Assembly (NCBI GenBank): GCA_965178125.1
Contig: OZ237736.1
Coordinates: 1,302,001 to 1,366,000, forward strand
Source of the DNA: Bilabrum cf. latius
Lineage: Eukaryota
Length of the DNA: 64,000 nucleotides
Direction of reading: 5' to 3'
Position numbers and translations under genes: made by a program. Below are positions 46,318 to 61,100 of this stretch, in pieces. Under the pieces are notes generated by a model, which saw only the letters and a program-made list of their open reading frames with translations, did not search any database and was not told where the DNA came from. Every line of letters starts with the position of its first letter. Within the stretch, counting starts at the first letter, position 1.

Positions 46318-49300
46318 ATGGAGGCTGTGACGCAGCTTGTGTCGCTGCCATTGTGGTTGATTGGCAGCTTTCTGGTAATATCAACGCAGTGGGGCGTGAC
46401 TTTGTACAACTTGGGGCGGATTGCAATAGATATAGTCGCATATTTTACCGTTGGCTGCGTTCGGAAGTACTGCGTTGCGTTTCTTGTTCCACCTTGGCGC
46501 CTGAGCCAACAGCTAAGTCTGCGTGCCACGAGAGAACGCCTTCGTTCTGCCACATCGTACAAGCAATGGCGAAAAGCTGCAAATGAGCTTGATGAAGCCG
46601 AAGGGTGCGCCCGTTGGAGGCGCATCAAAGCGAGCAAGGACTACGACTGGCAACTGGTCATTCAGACTACTCGAAACCTAGCCCAGCTTAGACACCAGAA
46701 TCGGATTGATGAGCTGATGAATGTGCTAGGCGCCGTCATGAACAGAAGATTTGGAGGGATTGATTCGTCGGCGTTGTACAGGCGCGCACATGCTGGTACG
46801 AAGCTTGCGATTGAGCAGTTCTTACGAGAGGTAGAGCGGTGCGTGCTGTTTATCCAGGAGTTCCCAGATTCGGAAGTTGAATGGAAGAAGCGCGGTGCTC
46901 TCTAGAAACGTCTAAATCCCCGAAGCGCTCGTAAGCTGAAGCACTAGCGCGGCTCCAACCATGCTACGGCCGCGGCGGGCCCCCATCTGGCCAGCCGGTG
47001 GCTCTCCCAGTCACAGAAGGCAGCTTGGCTGGAGGCCGCTCGCCTTGCGCTGGGCCGCACTGCATTGTGTCTCAGTGGCGGCGGTGCCTTGGCCATGCTA
47101 CACATGGGCCTCATCCGCGCGCTGTTGCAGCATGGTGCCATGCCTCGAGTAGTGTCGGGGACTTCTGGCGGCAGCATCGTCGCCGCCATGCTGGCATGCA
47201 AAACGGACGCAGAGATGCTCGGCGACGTGATCAGGGACGACATTGCCAGCAGAAAGGGTGTCAGGTGGTTCGAGCCGCTCCCCCACCAGTTGGCCACCTT
47301 TCTGTACAGCATCGTGGCGCAGAAGGACGGCGGTGCCCCCAAGATGGTGGAGACCACCTCCTTCGAACGCACCTGCAAGGCTTACTTTGGCAGCATGACG
47401 TTTGCGGAGGCGTACAGGAAAACCAGGCGTGCGGTGAGCATTACCGTCACGCTTCGGTACTCGCAGGCAAGCACTGCACATCCGATGCTGCTAAACTACC
47501 ACACCACCCCGAGCGTGTTTCTTTGGAGCGCCGTGGCTGCTTCGTGCGCGTTGCCTGGGCTGATGCGCCCGACCCGGCTGATGTCCAAGCATCCCCGCTC
47601 CGGCAAGCCCGTGGAGTACCACCCCGGCGGGGTGGATGCGATGGATGGCTCGATGGTCAGCGACATCCCTGTAGACTAGCTGGCCTCGCTGTTCCACGTC
47701 CGCAAGTTCGTGGTGAGTCAGGTGAACCCCCATGTCGCGGCGTTCCTGCGGGATGAGGGCCGCGTCAGCAACCCAGATAATGCGTGGGGCGGCAGTGCAC
47801 ATGCAGCAGAAGACCCCGAGGAAGACGAGGAGATGCTCGAGGAGATTGAAGCGGAGGCGGAGGACGTGCTCGAGTGCGGGCCGCCGGCACTTAATGCTGG
47901 CATGGGGATCGCGGTTGCAGGGAACAGCAGCCCTCTTTTCGCAGAATAGGACGGTCTACCAGCTGCTACACCGCCTGGAGTGCTTACTGCGCAGGATAGC
48001 GGGGCAGGACGAGCTGCCCAGGGGGAGTCATCTCCTCGCGCCGCGCGGGCCATTGCGCTGGCCGCAGACGCAACTAGTATTCTCAGCTTGTCCCGATGGG
48101 CCGAATTGCTGTTTTGCTGCGACTGCAAAGGAAGGTTAGCTTACTTGCTCGCGCCTGCCTTCCGCTGGGCGATTGTGCCTGCCAGATGGCTGCTCGGCGC
48201 TCATGGCGCTGGTCAGCCGGACGAGTCTCAAGCTGACACGACGCTGACCGGTGTAGCTTCAATGGCTCAAACAATACCTGAGATAGAATCTAAGCAAGAC
48301 CGGGAACCAAAGCAATCGAAACCGAGCTTGCTATCGTGGATTACGTTCGGTTGGTGCGGTGCGTCCAATACTACGAAGAGCAAGGTTCCGTCGGGGTAGC
48401 AACATGGCAAAGATGCACCTCACACACTGCCAGCTCGCTCTGGAAGCGGTACGCTCGGTGGCTACTCCTCGTCTTCCTCGCTGTGCGGCCCAGTTACAAT
48501 CGAGGGCGCATTATCGACGTTCATGTACTTCCTGAACCTCGACGTGCAGAACAGGCTGCGGAGACTCGCGCGACTTCGGCTCATTCCTCGCTTCTTCGGG
48601 CAAGATTTCTCCCGGGTGTTCCTGCAGCATTACCGGGGGCACGTGACCATCGCACCGAGACTCAGTATTCTGGATCAATTCGGCGCGCTGAGCCATCCAA
48701 GCCCGTCAGACATGCGGAGGTACATCAGGCAAGGGGAGCAAGCGACGTGGCCGCGTCTGGCGCATGTACGGACTCTGGTGCGTGTGGAGCAGGCGCTCGC
48801 GGTGGCAGCAAAAACCATCCATGGCCGCATGCGAGAAGCTCGACGGCAGCGTGATCGTGCGGATGCAAGCAGCAAGGCTACGTCTCGCCGACGTGAGGCC
48901 GCTGAGCCAGCAACGAGTGTACGCCCCACCAGTCAGTCGAGAGTGCCAGCAACCGGTCGTACCGGGCGACACATGAAGCTAGGTGGTTGGCGCAGCCTGG
49001 TGCGTCTGCGGGATGGAACCAGTAGCATTCATGGACGCATGCGCAGGCAGCGCGCAGGGCCATGTTATCTGGCAAGCGCTAGTGCTGGGGATGGCATGGA
49101 CCGGATGGGCCGGGAGTCCTCCGGGGCATCCGTAGCAGGAGGAGCGTCGACCGGGCTGGGCTCGGTGCTGTCCTCTGCCTCTCCCCGTGGTATTGCCAGG
49201 GCTGGGGTTGACTCGATTGGACCATCTGCGGGGGTCATGGCCTCACCGGACCGCCTGTATGACCAAGACAACATCGACGGCTCGGTGTTGGGTCTGCATG

Positions 49301-50355
49301 GCCGTGGACGAAGCAGGGCAGGTTCCATCCTGCCTGGCGCTGACGAGCACGGCAGCTTGAGCCTGCGGCCGTGGGATGGAGACCGCGACTTGGAACCTCA
49401 CGAGCTGGATGGTGGTACTGCAGCACATGGTGAAGGTTAGAGCTCCGCTGGTTCGGTAAGCATAGAAGAGCGAAGGGCGGCGAACAGAGGTCTCGTGCTG
49501 CATGGTCGCACGGGATCAATCCAAGGAGGATCGATCGCAGGCACAGAGGCGGGAAGCAGCGGAGATGATAGCGTATCCGATGTCGATAGCGATGCGGATT
49601 CGCTCGACCCGCCATTGCAGCACCAGTTTCCGTGGGGCGGTGCCGAGCCCGGCCTCGCGGATCCTACGGGTGCGTCGGTAGGGTCCATCCGCCGACGAGC
49701 TTGGACTGCTTCGGTGCTGCATGATGTGGGTAAGGCTAGCGCCTCGATAGACGGCATACAAGAGATGGACCGTGGGTCCAGTGGTACCGGTGATGCCAAT
49801 GCCGCCTTCCAGGTTGGGGATGGTGCCGCGACACGAGGAGGCAACAACGGGCCCATCCAACACACGCCTGACCTGCACCCTACTTCGATTTCTCTCGCAC
49901 GGGCTGAAAAGTTGCTAGGCAGCAGCCTTAGGGGCATGCCGTCTCTGCCTGGGCCGGCTATGCAGCTCTTGTCGGATGCGCAAGCGAATGGTGGTGATGT
50001 GGAGAACAGCGAGGTTGGCCTGTCGTTGTCGCCGCGTCGAGACAAGGTGCGTCGTGACGACAACCCAAGGGGCGAGCCAAGCACGCAAGAGCGTGAAGAA
50101 TTTGACGGTAGCTTCAACGCTGGGTGGTCCGCAGCCATTGCAGCCCTGGAGGCAGAACTAGTGGGGACAAGCGGGGGTGCGAGAGAGGATGAAGCTAATG
50201 GAGAGGCGGCCAGAGAGGAGCAGCCTGCAGGCGAGACGGCTTCACCACCAATGGGGGCAGGTATTACGGGTAGCATGGGCAGTGAACGAGCCAGAGACGT
50301 CAGTAAGTAGTTTCTCCACGCGCTGCAGAGGCTAAAGGATCGCGGCACTGGCTGA
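46318..50355 (+). CDS. Patatin-like triacylglycerol lipase (SDP1/Tgl3-5 family)
   Basis: SYKQWRKAANELD, GTKLAIEQF, GRTALCLSGGG, SGTSGGS (GxSxG), SAVAASCALPGL, DGS, DIPVD[TAG]LASLF..FVVSQVNPH. 7 TAGs; TGA at 50353. Confidence 0.9.
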
Positions 50356-50530
50356 AGGATAACCTCACTGCACCAGGATCTGTAGGCAGTGGCGGGAAGA
50401 GCTCGGCTATTTCGGGGATTGGAATTGGTATGACAATTGCAAGCTTATAAAGCTTTTAGTATGATAAACAAACGCAACGTTATAATCTATACGTAGGAGG
50501 ACCCATCCGGAATCCGGACGTAGCCAGCAG

Positions 50531-53500
50531 TTACCTAAACCCAGGGAGGCACCCAACGCGATCCAACGAGCCGCTATTGCTTGCGGTACCTCGCCCCCCG
50601 GCGACCCCGCCATGCCCACCGCCTATCGACCCCACACGAGTATCTGGGGGGACAATTTGGACCTGCGATTCGTGCTGAGATATGTTTGCTGATGCAGCGC
50701 GTACAATCGACTTTGCTGCGAGCACGGGCGAGAAGCCATACCCAGAGAGGCAGTGGTGAAACCAGGGCTTCGCAACCAAGGTCGCATCACCACTGTCAGG
50801 CGATGCTGGAAAACCTCTATCGCTCGGCATTCCCACTTGCGTGTCCCCGCAGCTGCCAGGCCTACGCACGCAGGCCCCTACGACTGACAGCAGGTCAGCA
50901 ACCTAGGTCGAATCAGGGTCCACCAGGGCCACTCCAAGAGATCCTCGAAGCGCAGAAGCAATTTTCTCTAGTTGCTCCAGCTCTGCGGCGGCCCCTCTAG
51001 GAAGGGTGCCACCTTGCACGACGATGCGGCCTGCTAGAGGGCCGGGAAGCTCAACTTGCTCCCAACCATCTGCATCTGACCATGCCGGAAATAGCTTCTT
51101 CGGCGCAGTGGCTGCAGCCATCGAAGGACCGGGTGCTGGTTGGCTAGATCCGGATGCAGACGTGTCAGAGAGCTCGAAGCTACGCTACAAAAACTCCGAG
51201 CTGGCATCACTGCCGGCACCGTGAACTCCCTCTGCAGAACTAGGCTTGGACTGCTTCTGTGTTAGTCCTGATGTTATGCCTAGCACGGCACTGCACATAT
51301 GCATTGCCGCAGCAGAAGATCGCACCATACTTCGGCTAACGGGTGTTGCGCTCCCGTATACACGTGCCGCAAGCTCCATGTAGTCCACGTGCACTCCAGC
51401 TGCTGCTGCGGCGCTCGCGCGCTCCGCAGCCTCGACAAGACGGTATCGGGTAACGTTCATTAAGCCACGTTCCGGTTCATTCTACGGAGATTGCGTTGCC
51501 CCATGTGCAGCTGCTGATGTTCTGCTAGCCTCGCGTGCTCCGGGCATGGGCGGGACCGGTGTGCTCGGCTGGGATGACAGCGACATGCTGCGCCTGCGAT
51601 ACGCGCCTTGAATTCGCAGTCCGACGGCATCCGCAATGTTCGGACCAGCACCGCTGTTGCCCGCAAGAGCTTCACCGCGCAACTCTGCGAGGCCTCGACG
51701 GCTGCCACGCCTGGTCCTTTCGGACTAGGCTTGCGCAACACCGCCTGTTGTGTCGTCTTCCACGTCTTGTGCGGTTGCAAGCACCTTGGCTCCCACAGAA
51801 GACGATCGATACACACCCTTAAGTGAACCTATACCTGTTTCTTTTGGTGTGACTAACTCACCATTGACGTAGCGCCACTCTCGGCGTTGCACCTCTTCGT
51901 GCGCACGTCGCAGCTTGGCAAGCTTTCGGGCAACCCTATCCTGCAATGCCAGTCGCTCTGAAGTGTCCTCGCGGTACCACTTACGAATGAGCTGCTCCCG
52001 ACGGTGCATCCCAGCCAGGCCCTGCCTGACCGCGTCGGAAAACTCTCGCTGTTCCCGTTCCCTCCAAAATTGAAACCAAGATCGCTTCATGCCCTCGATC
52101 GTCTCGGATCGAATGCGCTCCAAAGCCGCAGAATGCTCCCGATCTCGCTATGCTTCGATTCTATCTTGCAGCTCAGACCCTATGTAGGCTCCGCATGCGA
52201 CAGGCCCGCCCCAGCGCACGGCCGACTCCACCCAAGAAACTACCCTTTCGCACGCGAAAAAATCCTGCGAGGCCACCCAACCATCGGACCGACTGCCATC
52301 GATGCCACGGTCCAGCTCCTCATTAAACCCGATTGCCCGGGTAGTACGCCAGGACAAAGGCGTTACTGCTGTAGAAGCTCTCATTGAGGTCTACAGCAAG
52401 TCCGAAACGAGGCTGTTAAGGCCAGAGGTTCCAACATAGTCTAGTGTCTGCGGCATTGTTGATCTTCCCAGGACAACAAATCGGCGACCTCGCAGTGGTC
52501 GCATGGCCGGCGCAGTCGACGACGACGGAAACACAGATGCATCCTGCTGCGACGTGCGCGACCCGGACGCTATCCCAACAACAGCAGGGTCAATGCCATC
52601 TGAATTCAACTACACCTTGCTACGGGTCTCACCTGCAGAAGCGTGAGCAGAAGCCTACTCGGCCGTGCTTGTCGCCGGCGACTGAAAATGAACGGCACCG
52701 TGCTGCCGCGAATCCAGGGTTGCTGAAGGGTTGTTTGGAACGTAAAGCCCCCGTTGCAGCTCCTCCTCGTAAACACTATGACGGTTGAAACCCTGGCGTG
52801 CCATGTTCTCAACAGTCTCCATCAAGCGCCGAAACGATGTCAAAACACGGCTTGAGACACCATCAAAGCTGAACGGATGCCTATGCTGCGAGGCAGCTTC
52901 AGAGCTGCCTGCCCCTGACTGTGGCTGGGATGTTGTTGTGCTGATACTGCTTTGCGATGCAAAGCCACAGCTGGCAAGAAGCGGCACCGCTCGAGCGAGA
53001 AGGCAGCGCATTAGTCGGGTGGCCCCAGCATGAGCTGCAGCATTCGCTGCAGCTGGAAGGGGCATCGAGTCTTCGACCCAGGCTACATGCGGCTGCACCA
53101 TGTCACCACCTCGATCGACTGCTTGCAGGCCCCGAAATTCGGTAAGCTCCCCCCCTCTGCACGGCGCACAGCTCCTCCGAGGCAAAAGGCAATCAGAAGA
53201 TATAGCTGCTGCTTCTGCGAGGCGGACCAGCCTACGAATGCCCAGTTGGGATCCGATCCATAACACTCCAGCAAGATCGACGGTGAACACAGTGCAGTAC
53301 GCTGGCTGGGACACGCTGCCGGATGCACCGTCATCGCTTGTACGATCGTACATGCCAATCCGGTCTTCTGCAGCATCTTTCCCGTCAGACCAAGTAGCAG
53401 CATCAAGGTCGGAGTTACCTCTGTCACGAGAAGCCAGCGTCGCGCTTCTCACCAGGTACGGCGCCGGCAGCAACAGGCCAGTAGCCAGGAACTACAAGAG

Positions 53501-56500
53501 GGTGACTCCAAGCGAAGCCATATCAATCGCAGGACCGGTTAAGTTCGATCTAGGTTTCAAGCCCAGCAGCTCGGCAGGTAGCACCGACACTTGTGCAGCT
53601 TCACGCCCCTCGGAGGACGACCTCGACACTGCCTGGAGTGCTTGCGCGATGGAGGCGATGGCACCACCGCTTGAATGGCTAGTGCTGGCGCCACTTCCGC
53701 GCTCAGAATCCAGAGACGGCCGTTCGTTGGAGATTGTGATGCTCCCATCAAACGATGATTGCGCATTAACGAAGTGAGTCTCGACAGCCCTCTCTATCCG
53801 GGACGCAGACTCGTGTGGGAGCCATCGAAGAACGCAATCCAATGGAAGTAGCACTGCAACACCCAGAATAGGGCGTCGAATCGCATCCTGAGAATAGGCT
53901 GTTGGCAGGGGCACCAAAACCATGCGTGGCTGCTGCAGTGAATGGACAAATTCGCTCACTGGGCCGTCAACAACGATGCCATCGCCGCCAACCGCTGCTC
54001 TGTACTCCCAGACCCGAACGCTGTCGTGCGCCAGCTCCGCAATAGTACGTTGATCTGTCATCACGCTGTCACTTCTATCGATGAATGCAGTCTCATCATC
54101 GGGGCCGCCTGCTGCTTCCGCGCTGCTCGCTCTGCCTTCGTCAACAGCGCCATCCGCACCCCGGTGGCCCCGCATGAATCGAGCCAGGGCGCTGGATGCG
54201 TGCACTCCAAACCACCGCTGGAGCTCGGGTTCAAACATCTCAAGTGGAGTGTGGCGGGGGCCCAAGATCTCAATCTCAAGAGCAAGCGATCGCGCGGCCG
54301 GCCCGAGTTCGCCTCCACGTGATCGAAGCCTGGATAGCGCAACCTGCCTCTCGTCACGCTGCAGCTGAGTGAGAACGCGAGCAGCGCTTGAGCTTATCGT
54401 GTGCTGGTCCAACATGTGCATGTCTGCCCGCGATGACTTGTGCCTGCCTCGACCACCGCTCTTGCGTTGTAGGGGAGCAACTTTGGCGAGACGCGTGCGA
54501 CCAAGTGCAGTCACGACTCCGTCGATTGACACCTTGCGTTTGCACACCGGACACACAGCGCTTCTAGCAATCCACTCCATGACACAAGCGCAGTGAAACA
54601 CGTGTCCGCACTCCAGTGAAGACAATAACTAGTTGCTTTGATGCACATTGGATTGGCACACTGCGCATATTTCTTCTTCATCCTCGGTGCTCTCGGTAGG
54701 GTGGCCGTGGTTGGCTTGGCTCGTTTCTGCTGCTGAAGCGACTACCGGGTCATCCTACTGTCCCGCGTCTGATCTTAGCTACTCCGCATTAGTGGTGGTA
54801 GCTGCAGCCCCCGACCCACTTGCTGGTCCCGACCTTCCGATCCCGGCCGAAGCCTTCAAGGGCTACTCTACTCCAACGCGCCGGTTCGCAACATCCACGC
54901 AACAGATGGGTCGAGTGAGAAGCAGCTGATCAGTCGCGTGCACAGCAAGGGCCATTCGCTTTGCGTCGCTGTCTGCAACAACAGTCCTAGGCTTGGTCTC
55001 CGACTGCCCCGACTGAATTGACGCTGGCCATGCGGCAGCTCGAGCCTCAACTTGAGCTGCAATTGCCTGGGGAGTGCCGGCATCAAAGGCTTCCATAGAG
55101 TGCAGCAAAGCAGCGCTCTGGCTCGGGAGTCTGGGAGGTGCCGGAGCGAGCATGAACAGGCAGAGGCTGGCGAGTCGAGGCAGGGGCACAGCAGCAGAGC
55201 TCCATTCGAGCACTAGCTCGAGCCCACGCTTGGAAACTGGCGGCAACGAGCCTATGTACATGTATTGGACTAGAGCCGCCAGCGCTGCCTGAGTTGCTAC
55301 GAACGCACCTGCTGAATCTATGACACCATCATCGCCAGTGGCGCTGGCCGATGGCAGCTCAAATGCCGGCCATTTTGCATCTGAGCGACTACCTTCCGCC
55401 GTGACCTGCTTGAGACGATGCATAGCGCTCAATCCGAACCGCCTTGCGGCCACAAACGAGTGCACAAGGATGGAAGCAGCAACTCTGGCACTACCTGCTC
55501 CTGATGCAGAGCCAGCTGCTGCATCTGTTGCATCGCTGCAGACGATCCCACGCTCAACATTCACCGCCTGTTCACCTGGGCCAGGCCCGCCCAGGATGGG
55601 CACGTCGCTGGCTAACACACTGCCAGTCGTCAGGACGAGGTACTCTGCACGGGGTAGCTCGACCTCGCTCTTATGCAAGAACACTCGCTCGCCAAAGTCC
55701 TGGATGGCAGTCTCGGCCAGATCCCTGCGCCGCAGAAGGCCGTGCCTCAGGCCATCGACCTCAACAGCGCCCGCCTGTGGCACCGCCGCCGGAGCTGGCG
55801 GTGTGCCGTTGGTGGCAGTGCTAGCTCGCAGCACTTGGTCATGGCTGGGTCTACGAGTCCTTGCCATTTCAACTATGTGGTTCAGCCGAACGCCCCTGGT
55901 CCAGTCCGCCCCGATGCACATCTCTGTCCAGATGGCCTCACCGATGTCCCTCCGCCAGGTCCCCGCCATGGCACGGGCTGCCTGCGGAGCCACGCGAGGA
56001 GCGCCTTTCACTGGCCTGGAGCGCACAGCAAACACTTGCCCGTGAGACTCCAGGGGCGTGCACGCCCGTGAAGCAGACTCGCCACCCGAGTCTCCTCCCT
56101 TCTCGCTCGTTTGCTTGCCCAGTGCCCACCAGTTGTAGGTGCTCGCGCTCGCTTGCCGATCCAACATAATCTCAACGGGATAGTCCTTTGCAATTGCAGT
56201 GACTCCGTCTCCGCAGGTGATAGCCCTGGCGTTTTGGCTGGATACGTACGGAAAAGGCACGCCTTCTCCCCACTGCAGCACCACTGCAGGCTCGAGTGGG
56301 CCGTTCCTGCAAGTGCGCAGCCTGCCCGCCAGCCGCTCTCCAGCAGGTGCGAGGTTGGTGTACCTCTCTCGCCAACGATACAGCGGCTCATCTGCTTGCA
56401 ACCCTAGTTCATCGTCTTCCACACCCGCAGTGTGGGCCTATCGCCCCGGCATCCACTGCGACCTGTGCATATCGTCCGTATGGGAGTGGACCCTGGTGGA

Positions 56501-57661
56501 GGAGTAGTACCTCTGCTGCACCGGGGCGAATGAGCCATCCCTGATGCACGCTCTACCGATGCCGCCAGAGGCGAGCATCACAGCACAGTGCCGCTCACCG
56601 GCAGACACGAACTGCGCGTCAGCGGCGAGGAGGCTAGGCACCGGGAGAGGCTCCGCATGCTGCCAGGCCCCCGTGGTGCCGATCCCCAGCTAGCCATGAT
56701 CATTGCGGCCCCATGTATACACGCAACCGCCCGAACCCAGCAGGATGGCATGGGAAGCCCCGGTCGACACCTGAACGACGCGCTCGTGGTCAATCCCAGT
56801 TAACCGGCGCGGGATCTGGGGCGGGCTGTACCTCGCCAGCCGAGTGCTCGTGTCTCCCCATTGCACCACCTCGCCCTGAGTCGTCACCACCGCGGTCTGT
56901 GATCTCCCCACAGAGACGGTTTCTGCTCGTGGGCTCCACTTCGCACTGGACCTGGAGCTGCTGCTCCCCCGTGCCCTGCCACTGGCAGCGGGGGCCGGTG
57001 CCGCAGCGCGCGCTTCCTTCACTCCGGACCCAGAATGCGTGGCAGCCAAGTCGACGCTGATGGGAAGCTCCGCAGCCTACTTTTCCCCGTGCCCGCTCTT
57101 GCTATCACGGGAGTAGGCAACATCGGCGCTCGCGGGAACAGAGCTGGCCTAGGCCTCGGCCAAATGCTTGGCTGATGCGGTGTCTATCTCGTGTGCTCGC
57201 TGGAACAGCCTGACCGGGGTGGGTACGAGTGCGATCTCGTCCACGCTGTTGACCGTGACACCGAGTTGCCCGTTTCGGTTGGACCCAAACACCATCAGCC
57301 GGCCGTCCCTCAGGACCACGGCCGTGTGCGAGGAGCCCACCGCGAGGCTGCACGCGTGCTGCGTCGCCAGTCCCGGGACCTTGGATGGCAACCCACCTGC
57401 GCTCGTCCCTGACGAGACGGCGCCAAACCTGTCGTCTCCAAATGTGTAGATAGCTCCAGCAGTCGAGATCGCCGCCCCATGATGGTCACCGAGAACAATC
57501 CTAGAGAGAGGCGTGGTAGGGAGCACCTGCTGCGGAGGGCTAAACACAACGGCCGGATCCGATTCATCCCCCACTCCACCCTTGCCGCTACTAAAATCCC
57601 CGACTGCCATGGATGAGCCATCCGTGAGCGATAACCCTAGAGTGTTGAGACCATGTGACAT
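50531..57661 (-). CDS. Large RCC1-repeat / BTB-like / RING-H2 protein (putative E3 ligase, ~2370 aa)
   Basis: Thirteen ORF pieces in one frame joined across about 17 TAGs. RCC1 repeats FGSNRNGQLG and WGRNDHG[TAG]LG, BTB-like AALAALVQYMYIG, RING-H2 CAVC..LECGHVFHCACVMEWI..CPVC. ATG at 57661, TAA at 50531. Confidence 0.8.
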
Positions 57662-58163
57662 CGACTGAATTCGCGTGCTTGCCAGTTGTTCCAGGTCCTC
57701 ACACGTCGTAGTAGCGCTAGACAGGCCACGTCGGGCAAGACGGGGACAAATTATCTTGTTCTCGTGACCATCATAGACTCCGTGCCACAAAAACTGGCCT
57801 ATCGCTAGCTATGACGTCGAAAATTCGCTTCTTGCAAATCCGGAGACCTACACGAAGAGCGCTTGCATGAGAATTGACGACGCAAAATCGTAAAAGGTGC
57901 TGAATAATTCAACAAAAACGAGATTGCGAATGCATAGGCTGACTCCGGCTGCTAGGAACGCCGTATTGCTCATCATGTCCTCGGATCCTGACGTCGCGAA
58001 TCCCGCAGAAGGTTCGATTCGCTGTACTGTTGCGTGTCGAAATACTTTAATCAGAGGAGAGTTTGCAACTCTGCAACGCTCGCTTCTTGCGCCACAATAA
58101 GACTGCTGATTTGCTACTGTTGACGATTACTGCTTGGGCCCTCGTCATTAACATAAGCACACC

Positions 58164-61100
58164 ATGAACACTTGCAGTGAGTGCCATCAAAGTCGCAGCA
58201 AGTGGCACAATTAGACTATGAAGTTGCCCCGTGCTCGCGTCCCGTGCGTTGAAGCGCTGGAGCCGAATAATCAAACAATTCGCGCATGACATGGAAGGTA
58301 AATGATATGGTTCAACTTGATTCGAATCTCTCTTCCATGCAGGCCTGGCGCTGATAGCTACGTGCCTCAGCTCCTTGAGTTGGGCGTACACGCCGGTTGT
58401 GGCCGACCTCACCACCGAGATCGATCTCAGCGAATCCGATGGGGAGGCGCTGCTGTTCGATGGGATTTCTGTCACAAATGTAGACGATGATTCGAACGAT
58501 GTGAATGTTGAAGCTGTGGTGACCATCACGGATCCCGATTGGGGAAATGATGCTCTTGCTTCTGCTAGCGCTACATCAGTAGTCGCTGGGGATGAAGCAA
58601 ATGAGGTCAAGCCTGCTGTAACGTTTTCGGCGATGACACCGTCGGCCATGGCAACTGCTCTCGCGACAGTTAAGATGACGAACAGCCAGGACCGTCCAGC
58701 AGTTCGAGACCGCTCCGTCCAGCTCGTCGTGACAACGACCGACGAATCTGGGGAGTCCGCAACGTCGGTAGTTACCGTCAGCATTGTGCCCGTCAACGAC
58801 GAGCCTACCTTGGACATTGATGGTACGAGCAACGTTTTCACGGAAGGCGGCGACCCGATCAAGATCCTGACCGGAACCACGGCCAGCATTACGGATCCGG
58901 ACGACATCAACATGACAAAGCTCAAGGTCGAGATTGAGAATTTTTGCGATGCAGATACAGACGTGCTTGAGCTCGCAGAAGATTCAGATGTGTACGGCGA
59001 CTTCACCACCACTTGGGTCGCAACAACTGATGGCTGTACGTTCGAAGCGGTGCCGGCTGCAGAGAGCGGGCTAGCTCTCATTGCCGACTGGGAGACTCTG
59101 CTGGGCGACCTCTAGTTCTACTCCCAAAACGAGACCGTTGTCGTGGAAACTGCACGGTGGTTCTCGTTCGCTCTGAGCGATGCATATTCCCAAGGAGACG
59201 GCGACCTCGATTCCGACGACACTGAGACCGCCCCGGTGGAAGCAAGCGCGAATGGGGTCGTCGTTACCTTGACGAACACTAACGATGCACCTGTGATCGT
59301 CATACCCGATGGAGCAGACGACAGGTCGACCACCGAGCTGACCATCGCAGAGAATGCGGCAGACGACGTGAATCTGGCTGCTGGCAGCTCGGGCGACAAG
59401 CTGGAGCTCTTGATCTACGACGTCGACAGCGGCCTCGGGGATTTCACCGTCGAGCTGACCACGGTTGGTGATGAACCAACCGCCGACGTGCTGACCTCTG
59501 CAAGCCTCGATAAGTCTGCAGAGTACGCAGTCTATGATTCCGAGTCTAATCAGCTATCAACGGACCACTGGGGCGCTGACCGCTTCGAGTTCCTGACCAA
59601 GACGACCGCAGCTACCGCTTCGGCCACCGACCGCACGAGGAGCCAGTACTTTGATTTCGAGAACATCGACCCTGCCACGGGCCTGGTGGGCTGGAAAGAC
59701 TCGTACGATGCGGACACCAACACCTTTGCTCTGCGCGTGACTGCGGAAGACGGCGACGGCGCATCGAGCAGCGCGGTCATGTACTTCAAGCTGACCAACG
59801 TGGATGAAGCGCCACAGCCCATTGAGCCTAGCACTGGTAGCACTGTGGATAGGGAAGGCATCGCTACGGAGGTCTACGGAATGGTAAGCCCGCGCAAGGA
59901 GTACAGGCAGGCAGTCGACGATGAATACGTCGTGCAGACCGTGAGCGTGGTGAAGTCGTTCGTTCAAGTCGACGAGGCAACCCATGCCCTGTACGGCGGC
60001 GACTCCACCGACACGCTGGAGGTGACGTACAAGAAGGCCGACATGATCCATGGGCAGCACAACAGGATCAAGTTCAACATGGACAGCGTCAGCGTCGACC
60101 CGGAGGGAGGCACCGTCACCTACGCACTCGAGTGGAAGGGATACCAGGCCACCAAAGCCGAGTCGACCGTCACCGATGTGGGCGAAACAGTCGACGCAAC
60201 TGGTGTGAACGTTGATCTCGACGACAGTAGCGATGATCCCAACTATATATTCGATGAGTTGAGCCCGCTGAAGTGGACCTGTGAGGGCAGCATCTGCGAG
60301 CTCAGCGGCACGCCCAGCTACGACACGCCGTACAAGCTCGATGCCGTGCACGGCAGCCGTACATCTCCCGCTGCCAAGACGCTGCATTTTGAGCTGACCG
60401 CTACCGACGACGATGACACGACAACCGTCATCAAGTTCCAAGTCGACATCGAGATTGCCGGCTGCATGGACGTCCGGGCCTCGTACGTGACGTGCGCCGG
60501 GGGCTCCTTCGAAGACAACGATTGCACCAACTTCCTGACCCAGACCGCCAGTGGAACCAACTTGGCCACTTTTGTGGATGGCGGGTTCGTCGCGACGGAC
60601 GCCTCCAAATACACGGAGGCACTGGCCCCTGCCAACTCTGCTGGCCGCTTCAACGAGGAGGCTACGGTTCCCAAGCCGACCTGCGCCTTTGCTCCCCGCC
60701 GCATGGCGACTGGAGCTGGTACTCAGCAGGTGGGCGGATCTGCAGTGGCCGCATCAAGCAGCGCTGCGGCTACGCTTGTGGACGGCGCTGCCGACGCAGC
60801 TGCCCTCGAAGAAGTGCTCAACTCCCTGCGCGGGACCACCTTCCTTGACGTCGACACGGACCTTCTGGACGGTGCCACGACCTTCTCGCTGGAGCAGATC
60901 GATGCCTCGGACTCGGTCATCATCCCGGAGGGATACGACGGGATCGCCTCGGCAGCCGTGAAGGTCGGGCCCGCGGGGCTCGTGGTCGGCACGAACGACG
61001 ATGGCGTGCCCGGCTTCAAGACCACTGTGTTCCCCGGTGCGTTCGACACCTCGGCGTTCTTCTGCGCGCCGCTGCACGCGACGCTCAAGGACTCCACGAA

